Positions 1 to 8,900 of a stretch of 64,000 nt of DNA are shown one piece after another. The DNA is from Iphione sp. A-MEVVRFRX5 (taxonomy: Eukaryota), in the NCBI GenBank assembly GCA_976226885.1, contig OZ320318.1, forward strand, positions 1,674,001 to 1,738,000, written 5' to 3'. The translations under genes and the position numbers were made by a program. The notes beneath the pieces were generated by a model, which saw only the letters and a list, made by a program, of their open reading frames with translations, had not been told where the DNA came from and did no database searches. Each line of letters starts with the position of its first letter. Position 1 is the first letter of the stretch.

Positions 1-534
1 GGAATAGTCGGAGTGACGAGTGGCGGTGGCAGACGCCGGGCGGCAACGGTTGGTCGGGGGCGTGGCCCAACCGTTCGTGCGATCGAGATGGTGCATAACT
101 TGGGTCAGCCGGGTGGTAGCGAGTATGGTCTCCTCATCCTTCAACGGGGTCTCAGTTGATCGTGGAGTGTTGTAGATTTGTGCTTCAGCCGGATGGAAAG
201 AACCCGGTAGACAATCCTTGTTGATGACTGCTCTGGGCGCCTCAGCGAGGGCTGGATGGTCGATCAGGGCACGTCTGGCGGTACATTCGAGCGGGCGTTT
301 CCAGCTCAGCGGTTGTGCTGCAGAAATAGTTGCTTCAACGGTTGAGACACCTGGGTGTTTATTGCGCTTGTGTCGTACCAACGCCGACTTCGTCGTGTAG
401 GTTTTCGGGCAGTTCGGACACGGGAACTGTCCGTCGTCATCGGGGTGCATCTTCGCATAATGCATTCTCAGTTGCCGTCCAGTGTTGAAAGTAGACGGGC
501 ATAGGCAACAACTGAAGCTTGGTGCCGTAGCCAT
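1..534 (-). CDS. C2H2 zinc-finger protein, partial (>=178 aa, no stop before the window edge)
   Basis: Manual translation from ATG at 534: MATAPSFSCCLCPSTFNTGRQLRMHYAKMHPDDDGQFPCPNCPKTYTTKSALVRHKRNKHPGV... Two canonical C-x2-C-x3-F/Y-x5-L-x2-H-x4-H fingers. Absent from the ORF track because it has no stop in the window. Confidence 0.75.
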   Translation of the reverse strand, partial: MATAPSFSCCLCPSTFNTGRQLRMHYAKMHPDDDGQFPCPNCPKTYTTKSALVRHKRNKHPGVSTVEATISAAQPLSWKRPLECTARRALIDHPALAEAPRAVINKDCLPGSFHPAEAQIYNTPRSTETPLKDEETILATTRLTQVMHHLDRTNGWATPPTNRCRPASATATRHSDYS

Positions 535-587
535 CGTGGCTGAACGGTTGAGGCGGCTTGAAACGGTTGATCGAGAGAGAAAACCGT

Positions 588-3035
588 TTAGTATGAGTCC
601 CGTAGATTCAATCCCTTCGGACGGAACGTATCCAAGATGGCGATCCACGCTGATTCGAGACGCAGTCTCGCGTTAACTCCCGTGGCGCTCGTGTCGAGAT
701 GCGTGATCGTGACGTCATCAATATGGCAGCTGCCACGGTTGAAGTGGAGTGGGACGGGTTTTACATCTCGCATGTTGCGAATGTCGTTCAAGTGTTGAAG
801 TAATCTGGTATGTAAGCTGTTGCTGGTTTGGCCGACATATTGTTTCGAACAGTTGCGACACGTTAGGCAGTAGACAACGTTGACGGAGCGGCACGATGCG
901 CTGCCGACCTTGTTGAAACGTTTCGAACCATCCGAGTTTTCGATCGTGGTTGACGTAATCAACCGTCTGCAAGTCGAACAGTTTGGTTTCCCGCATCGAT
1001 ATGTGCCCTTAGGACGCGAGGGTTTGGGGTAGGTCGAGCATGTCAGGATCTCCCGAAGGTTGCGGTTTCTCCTATAGGCGAGGATGAACTTGTTTTCCAG
1101 TAGCTTTTGGTTGCCGGCTGACTGGTTGAGGATTTGCAGTGCTGTGTGTAGGTTTCTACCAAGGTCAGGAGCTGTAGGGCCATGGTAAGTGGTGATGTAG
1201 GGGATAGTTTTGTTTTCTTGCCCAGGTTGGTGGTCAGCAAGTAGAGTGCGTCGGTCGAGGCGTCTCACTTCTTTGAAAGTCGTGATCAAGATATTCTTTG
1301 GGTAACCCCGTGCGGCGAAATGTCCCATCATTTGTTTGGCATGCAGGTCGTAGTTTTTCAGTTCAGTGCAGATCGTGCGTACTCTGAGGAACTGGCTGTA
1401 GGGGATGGAGGACTTCTGTTTACGTGGGTGATAACTGTCGAAGCGGAGGTACAGATGGGCGTCTGTGGGTTTAGAGTATAGCTTGAAAGCTAGGCGGTCC
1501 CCATGTTTGTAGATTGTGGTGTCTAGAAAGTCTATCTGGTCGTAGCTTGCGTTGTGAGTGAACTTGATGGTGGGATGGCTGGAGTTGAGGTACATCATGA
1601 AGTCTTGGATGGTGTGGTCATTGGTGCCGTCAAGTATCATAAGGATGTCATCGATGTAGCGGTACCACAGTTTCGGGGTGTGGGGAGCGTTGGCGAGTAG
1701 TGATTTCTCCAATTGTCCCATGAACAGATTGGCGTACGACGGGGCCATGCGGGTGCCCATCGCCGTACCCTGGATTTGATGGTAGATGTTGTTGTCGAAT
1801 TTGAAGACATTGAATTTGAGGATGTACATCATCAGTCGTAGGATGACCCACACGTCTGGGTTGCGTTGGTGGCCCTCTAGGAGATAGTCCCTGCTGGCAC
1901 GGATGCCTTCGTGGTGGGGGATGTTGGTATAGAGGGCACTAACATCCACGGTGACTAATAGGTCTGTGGGGCTGCAGGTGTAGTTCTCCAGTTTGCATAT
2001 CAAGTCTTTGGTGTCTTTGATGTAGCTAGGCAGGGCCTCCACATAGGGGCGCAGGATTCTGTCCACGTAGGACGAGATGCGTTCTGTGATGCTATTGCAT
2101 CCCGAAACTATGGGGCGTCCAGGGGTGTTGGTTTTGTGAATCTTGGGTAGGAAGTATATCGACGGAGTTGTGAAATTTTTGTTGTAGAGGCAACGTCCAG
2201 CATCCTCGGGTAAGTGGCCTTGTTCGGTGCATTGGTTGATAAAAGTCTTGATTTGTTGGTAGAAATCAGGGGTAGGGTCGTTGTTGAGTTTGGTGTAGTG
2301 ATCAGTGTTATTGAGTTGTCTGTACGCTTCGGCAGTGTAGTCCTTAGTATTGAGTACTACTACTGCGCCTCCCTTGTCCGCCTGTTTGATGATGATATTG
2401 CGGTCTTGGGCTAGCGAGTGCATGGCTGACACTTCAGCTGTCGTGAGATTGGGAGTGGGTGTACGCCGCTGGTGTAGAGGTAGCTGTCTTTGGACGGAAG
2501 TGAGGAAACAGTCTAGGTATTGGTCCTTCCCTGCAGAAGGGGTCCAACCTGAGGACTCTTTCAGGTGTGCGTGTGGGCTGGTGTCTGGGTCCTTGTCCAG
2601 GTCTTGGAAGAAATGCTTGATTCGTGTGCGTCGTGCAAATAGGAAGAAATCCTTGAGAATGTGTGCCGGGTGGGGCGCCTGAGTGGTGGGGATAAATGAC
2701 AGTCCTTTGTCAAGTAGAGAGAGTTCCGCGTCTAGCAGTGGGCGATCCGACAGGTTAACTACGGACTTTAGTTGTTCCTCGGTTGGTTCTGTTGTCGAGA
2801 TGCGGAAGAACCGTCGGTTTTTCTTGTGCGGCGGTTGCGAAGGTCTCGTTCCAGGGTGGTTGCGAAATTGTCCAGCAGGTCGCGTATCAGTTGTAGTTCG
2901 CTCGGTGTCACTTCTTGGTCTGGGCGTGTGAGTAGTTCTTGGTATTCGGCCGTGAGCGCGGTGCATCTTGAAGACCAGTAGTCCTGCAGTAGTGATGTCA
3001 ATTCTGCGCCCGTGGTGGTGAGTACCGTCTCCCAC
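588..3035 (-). CDS. PLE reverse transcriptase + GIY-YIG endonuclease
   Basis: VVNLS..LLDKGLSFIP, ADKGGAVVV, YFLPKIHK..PGRPIVSG, GTAMGTRMAPSYANLFM, RYIDD, linker CxxxxCxxC, VYCLTC..QYVGQT, GLN C-terminus. The frame is open from 3059; the listed start is GTG. Confidence 0.95.
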   Translation of the reverse strand: MGDGTHHHGRRIDITTAGLLVFKMHRAHGRIPRTTHTPRPRSDTERTTTDTRPAGQFRNHPGTRPSQPPHKKNRRFFRISTTEPTEEQLKSVVNLSDRPLLDAELSLLDKGLSFIPTTQAPHPAHILKDFFLFARRTRIKHFFQDLDKDPDTSPHAHLKESSGWTPSAGKDQYLDCFLTSVQRQLPLHQRRTPTPNLTTAEVSAMHSLAQDRNIIIKQADKGGAVVVLNTKDYTAEAYRQLNNTDHYTKLNNDPTPDFYQQIKTFINQCTEQGHLPEDAGRCLYNKNFTTPSIYFLPKIHKTNTPGRPIVSGCNSITERISSYVDRILRPYVEALPSYIKDTKDLICKLENYTCSPTDLLVTVDVSALYTNIPHHEGIRASRDYLLEGHQRNPDVWVILRLMMYILKFNVFKFDNNIYHQIQGTAMGTRMAPSYANLFMGQLEKSLLANAPHTPKLWYRYIDDILMILDGTNDHTIQDFMMYLNSSHPTIKFTHNASYDQIDFLDTTIYKHGDRLAFKLYSKPTDAHLYLRFDSYHPRKQKSSIPYSQFLRVRTICTELKNYDLHAKQMMGHFAARGYPKNILITTFKEVRRLDRRTLLADHQPGQENKTIPYITTYHGPTAPDLGRNLHTALQILNQSAGNQKLLENKFILAYRRNRNLREILTCSTYPKPSRPKGTYRCGKPNCSTCRRLITSTTIENSDGSKRFNKVGSASCRSVNVVYCLTCRNCSKQYVGQTSNSLHTRLLQHLNDIRNMRDVKPVPLHFNRGSCHIDDVTITHLDTSATGVNARLRLESAWIAILDTFRPKGLNLRDSY

Positions 3036-3397
3036 CTGATGGTGAAGGCAGTAGATAGGTCAGGTATCTGTGCCGAGATTGTCGGTTGGAGGCCTTTCGG
3101 GATGGTGTGGTGCACTATGTGGTGCTGTAGGAGTGTGGCGTGATGGTTGGCCGTGACGATTCCTTTACGTAGTTTCTTGAGGGCCCTGAATAGTATGATG
3201 GCTCTCCTCGTGAGAGGGTCATTGGTAGGGCCAAGGTTGGGGCCGTTCTGCACGGTGTTATTGTCCGACGGGGCCGGTGAGGGTGTGCGGCTCCTAGATG
3301 TCGAAGTTGTTTGTATAGTGAGTAGTTGTTGTGGGTCTTGTTCTTCGTCTGTCCTGGTACGTGGTCGTTTGGGGTTGGCCTGTCTGTTGCTTGCCAT
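2768..3397 (-). CDS. PLE N-terminal ORF (209 aa) overlapping the RT ORF in another frame
   Basis: ATG at 3397; helical segment ending H..IPKGL resembles PLE N-terminal domains; overlaps the RT frame over 2768-3059. Confidence 0.75.
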   Translation of the reverse strand: MASNRQANPKRPRTRTDEEQDPQQLLTIQTTSTSRSRTPSPAPSDNNTVQNGPNLGPTNDPLTRRAIILFRALKKLRKGIVTANHHATLLQHHIVHHTIPKGLQPTISAQIPDLSTAFTIRWETVLTTTGAELTSLLQDYWSSRCTALTAEYQELLTRPDQEVTPSELQLIRDLLDNFATTLERDLRNRRTRKTDGSSASRQQNQPRNN

Positions 3398-3666
3398 AGT
3401 AAGTCCCTAGTGAGTGGCTGACGCCTGTGTAGAGGTAGATCCAGAAGGATGCTGTCCGTACTGTGTGGATCACCGTTGGTGTGGATGGAAGTCGGGTACG
3501 GTAGAATACCTCTATGGGTGTAGGGAACCGTTTTCAGGAGGATCCGTGAGGATGCAGCCAGCCAAATGATGATGAAATAAGTAATAAAGTAGGCTGGGAA
3601 CTCACAAAAACGGTTTCAAAGGCTTTAATGCTGAACAGGTCCAACTGTATAGATAACAATGGTCAA

Positions 3667-3707
3667 TCACAAGCTTTCGGGACAGGTGTTGTCCCTTCCT
3701 CAGGTGA
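3667..3707 (-). ncRNA. Minimal type I hammerhead ribozyme
   Basis: Minus strand: UCAC-CUGAGGA-A-GGGACA(ACACC)UGUCCC-GAA-AGCU-U-GUGA. Stem I UCAC/GUGA, 6-bp stem II, palindromic AAGCUU stem III as in dimer-forming PLE hammerheads. Confidence 0.85.
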
Positions 3708-4266
3708 ACTGGTAATGATCTGAACCGTTCTCCACTCTCCCTTTTATACTAAACCGTAACTAGGTGCTGACAACATAGCAACCAATCAGAACAGTCCTTT
3801 TCAAAAGTCAGTGTGGCAGTGAAGCTGAAGTCATTGCCTGATTGGTCAAAAATGTAATGTATGTCTAGGAGTGGATTTAAATAGTAGATGTCATTGGTAA
3901 TGTAATCAAATATAGAAAGAAGTGAATAAAGATACATATAGCAACAAAAAGTCTTTAAGTTATTGGTAATATTAATGTATTATTTTAAAATTTTATGATA
4001 AAGTTGCTCAAAATCAAACATCAAGTTAAATTCTACAGTACAAGTTTTCCCAGATATCATCGTTGATTAGTCTACCCTTGAAATAAATCTCTTCCCAAGT
4101 CTATGCAACTGAAGATAGTGAATGTTCCTCTGAAACAACAAAGTAAATTCTGCACCAGCGACCTGCATAGTAGTAACTAATGTCCACAAGAAAGTCTTAA
4201 GCAGCGGTCAACACAGAGCGGTGAAACAGGTTTAAACTGCCCCTTGCTGTGTCTGCTTTGCTACAG

Positions 4267-4393
4267 GAAGCAGCTGGGTGAGGAGAAGGCGGTCGGGGCC
4301 AGCGTGGGCAGTCTAAGCATGCCCCGAGAGGACGTGAACAGCATGGTGGAGACGGCCGAGTCTGCCCGAATCAAACTCTACAAGAGTGTGGAG
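4267..4393 (+). CDS. Host gene 1 exon (KQLGEEKAV...KLYKSVE)
   Basis: ctacag|G ... GAG|gtgagt, 127 nt. Confidence 0.8.
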
Positions 4394-5930
4394 GTGAGTT
4401 TCCCCTAGCTATAAATATACAGTAGAACGTCCCTCTGAGAAATAACTCCTTGTAACATTAAGCACCATTGATACACAAACTCTACAAGAGTGTGGAGGTG
4501 AGTTTCCCCTAGCTATAAATATACGGTAGAACGCCCCTCTGAGAAATAACTCCTTGTAACATTAAGCACCATTGATACACAAACTCTACAAGAGTGTAGA
4601 GGTGGGTTTCACCTTGCTTGAACGTCACTCTGAGAAATAACTCATCATAGCATTAATCACCATTTGTACACGGATGAAGACCACAAGGCGCAGACCTGGC
4701 GGTCAGTACCACTCCCTCCAGCGATTTTAACCAAATCTCAATCCTACTCAACTTTACAGATTTAGTCACTTGACCTCTTGAACCAGGCAAACCTCCTCGT
4801 GTATGGAACAAAGACACGTACATCAAAATTCAGCCTTCTTACTTCCTGTCAAGTGTTGTTGAGTTCTCTGCAGCATGGATAGAGACGTGCACGTTCTGGT
4901 ATCACGAGTCAGATTCATAAGTATGGTAAATCTTGTTGTTTACGCTGGCGTATATTCCAGATAATGACATAAAACATCATCTCCCACCATCAGATCCATT
5001 AATGCCATGCATCTCCTACAGATGAACAACAGCGAGAAGCTACAGCGCCCTCTGCTGATGATGGACCGCTTTGTCAAGCAGTCACCATGGCAACCCGTTA
5101 CTCTCATGGACGTGTGCAGTGGGCGCCTGGACCACTTGAACCTGAAGCACGTGGTAAGGTAACCCACTGCATGGTTCTACCCTCTAGCATTCATTCTCTG
5201 ATATAACAAACAGAAAAATGCAGTTACTCAGTGCAAAGACACTACTCTGTTATGACTTCCAGTGTAAGGTTGTCATGCCTCTATAATAGAATCATTCTCC
5301 TATAAGAGAAGCATTCTCTCTCTCCCCCTCCCTGTCTCCCCCCATTTTTTACTCCCCGAGTCACTCTTTCACCCTTTCCCTCTTTCACGACTGAAGTATG
5401 TAGTATATTGTAAGAAACTACACTTCACGTTGATGATCCTCACAAAGTCTGTTAATTTCTGTCCATTACAGAGCAGGTTGGAGAGCCAGTTGTCTCAGGT
5501 CTATGAGCAGCTCATCAAGTTGAGTCGCTCCCTCAGGTCCTTGCTGTTGACTGGCGGTGGGCCTGCTAACCGGGAGGTGCCCACGGCTCTCTACGAGAGG
5601 CTCGGTGGCCAGACTGCTGCTGCTTGTGAGTTGCTCAACTCAGTGACTGCTGAGCTGCTTGATCTGACCCTGCTCGTACCTGCAGCTCCCTGGGTGAGTG
5701 ACTCACTAGATGGATGTATGGATATTGTTAGTAACATTTAATATGCAGTACTGTTTTTTCCTGCTGGATCTTTAGTTCTAAATACCTGCTTGAATTTTTT
5801 CATTGTTACAGTCGTATACATGTGAACAGGGCAGAATAGATGCTACTATTAACGATTAGTTGGTGAAACCACAAGGATATGGGGTAGAGGAGCGCATCAT
5901 CCTGTGTGCCAGTGTCAGGCAGTCTGTCTC

Positions 5931-5961
<31 letters not shown>

Positions 5962-8900
5962 ACCTATTTATTATTTTTTTCTCCTGGCTTTCTTTTATGA
6001 AAGCCTCCTCTTCAGAAACCGCGACTCGCCGCCCTGACGACTGATGACGTCATAAAGGCCTTACCAAACTTCCCGAAATCCAAAGCGGCTGAGGGTCGGC
6101 ATCTGATCGAGGCTCTGCTGAAGTGTTACACGCTCACCAATCACATGAACAGTCTCGAGGTACATAGACGTACAAGGTGGTTTAAAAGCTGAACGTGTGG
6201 GTGCATGTATGTAGCATGTGACTGTGGTTATCTCTGTGTGTTTGTGTGTGCATGCATTTACCCGTATATACAGAGAAAAAAAAGGGGGCGAGCTTGCTCT
6301 CTCATGTCTGGGCTACTGTGTGCACTCAACCCTCACTTGACGACCAGATCACAGACAAGGCTAGCACTGAAAGACCTGATCACAGCCGAGACTGGCTCTC
6401 TACAGAGACACGATATCTCCACTACCTGAGATGGTCTACTAAGTGAGAGGCTATCTCTTTACTCCCTTTATGTATAAATGTTTACTAAGGTACATATGTA
6501 GTGGTTGAGTTGTCTCTAGTCTCATTGTAATCATCATTTGTGAATATTGGCCCATCCCTGTTTATGTTTGAGTTTGTTTACGTGTAATATGGTTGCTCAG
6601 TGACTTACTAATAATTCATGTAAATTTGAAATTAACAAAAAGCATGTCGCCTGTGAAAAAAATGCTGATATTGTCTTTCCCTTTGTTGCAAAGTGGCTGT
6701 ACTTGAAAGTGATTATACTTTTTGTCCTACTTTGTTTTTATACAGAATAATGTATTGAAAGAAGAGCTTCTGTTCCACCAGAGGATATATGATCTACAAC
6801 AAGAATACATACAGTCATTGCTTGCTGCTGTGAAGTAGGTTAAAAAGAAGAATTATACTGTTAATGACCTCCCATTTAATGCTTTCTTTCTGTTCTGTTC
6901 TGTGTGTGGTTGTAGTTCATGGATAATGCCATGTTCGCTGCTGAATTGTGTCTGTTTTTACACTTAATGTCTTGCGAAAAGGTGTGGCAAAAGGAAAAGA
7001 ACACTGATAACCAGTAATTTGAATTCCTAAGACCAGTTACTTGGCCATAATGATACCAACCTACTGTCACCTGAAGTACCTTTACTGATTCATGATTAAC
7101 TGTTTTGTTCTATATTCTTGTTATTAATGGATAGTCGACAGCTAATTTCCCGGAAGCATTTATTAGCACTAGGTAAAAGAAATTACCAGTATCCAAGGTT
7201 AGATTTTAACATTTACGGGAGTTGTTGATTTTTTCTTCAAAAAGCTCACTACATGTATGTATATTGTTCATTTCCATAAGAGAGGGATACGGAGAGTTTG
7301 AAACGTCGACAAATAGTCTTCTCTGCCAGCCAATGACAGGTAAGGACGAATATTAACATTGTTCAAGATAATATTAGTTAGCACCACTATGAGTCGCTAC
7401 GTGGCGATGCAGGGAGATGTAGTTGGCGCCACCTGGGGTAAGGCAGTGAAGTTATTTCCGTTTGGGGTAGCAGTGCAGCGCCGGATCGCCGTCCGTCGTT
7501 TTTGATCTATTATTTTAGTTCTACATTCTGTTTCCACTCCCAAAGTGGGATTCTACCTCGTTCTACGTCGTAGAACAGGCAGATTGGTTACTGGACGTAT
7601 AACCAGCAGGGGAAAGCGTTATTTCTTCGCTTTTTGTTCGCTCCCACGTGGCGGGCAGCGGCAGCCATCTTTGACACAATGTCGAGGAGAGGGAAATCGG
7701 ATAAGCAATCCGCGGAAGGGTCCGTAGAGGAGGTTCAAGCGGTTCCCGCAGTCGTTTTACCACAACCATCGGACCCTCCACAAAATGCAGTGTTTACACA
7801 ACTTCTCACGGCAATTATAGATATGCCCAAGGCACTGGGTGATAGACTCACCACGATGGAAGAACGGTTGGAGGCAAAGCTGGGGCCAGTAGCCTCATCA
7901 AGCGGACACTCCACGCACTCAGCACGTGTCGATCTTTGGTCGTCGTCGGAAATGGGAGATACTCGATCATCCATTGCTCCGGACGAAAATCTGATCGCTA
8001 GACAAGACAGAGACCACGAACTATCCGAAGGAGAAGTCGAAGAGGACCCAGGTCCGCAAGGGTTTTATGACGAGTTAGTCACGGGCCTGGACGACGATAA
8101 AAATGTCGGGAAAGATGCACACCAGCGGGTAGCCCGCTACACGGGAGGCCGTATTAAAAGACCTCTAGAAGGAGAGGAAGCGAAGAACCTTAGAGTGAAG
8201 TACCCCAGACCGGGCAACATCCCAGACATGCAACCGCCCAAACTGAACGGAGCACTGTGGCACCATCTCCACCAATTCGCGCGTAACAGAGACAAGGTGC
8301 TACAACGCATCATGCATGCCATGGTCCCGTCTCTAACGGCGACCATCCGTCTCACAGAACTCCTCATCTCCCATGAGAAGGATGCAACCTGGATTCGCGA
8401 CGCCTTACAGCTCACGTCCGACATAATTTCGTTGGAAGTAGGGGTCCGCGATGATGTTCTAAAGTTCAGGAGAGCAGAGGTCAAGCACAACTTAAGTCCG
8501 GTGTTTAAGAGACTAGTGGAAGAGGCACACCCTTCACAACAGTGGCTTTTTGGCGACGAATTGCGCCAACACTGTCGTAACCTCGAAGATGACGAACGGT
8601 TAGCGCGCAAAATGGATAAAGGAAAATCCGGGCCCAAGTCACAGGCTAAGAACAGGCACGAACCCTACCGCAAACCGGATGGGAAGCAAGGCAAAGGAAA
8701 ATTCCAGAAACGGTACGGGAAAGGCGACTACCAGTCAACCACCACATACCGTAGCCCACTTGAAGCAGTCGATGCGTCAAAAAACGGGGCAGCGGGGCCC
8801 AACAAGACCGGGCCCCAGAAAACCCAGAACAAGTAAACGAGGTGAGTTACAACCCGCCCGCGGGAAACCTGTTAAACCATGTTGAGGGATGGGCCAGATT

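Larger units (their letters stand above)
1..3760 (-). mobile_element. Penelope-like retroelement (GIY-YIG-containing PLE); 3' end runs off the window
   Basis: N-terminal ORF + RT-GIY-YIG ORF + hammerhead ribozyme and TATA-like motif at the 5' side. Lies antisense, probably in an intron of host gene 1. The 5' boundary is approximate. Confidence 0.85.

Noticed and set aside
588-3397. Selenoprotein-type (in-frame UGA) PLE, as reported for some Naiad elements
   Set aside because: No in-frame TGA interrupts the RT-GIY-YIG ORF.
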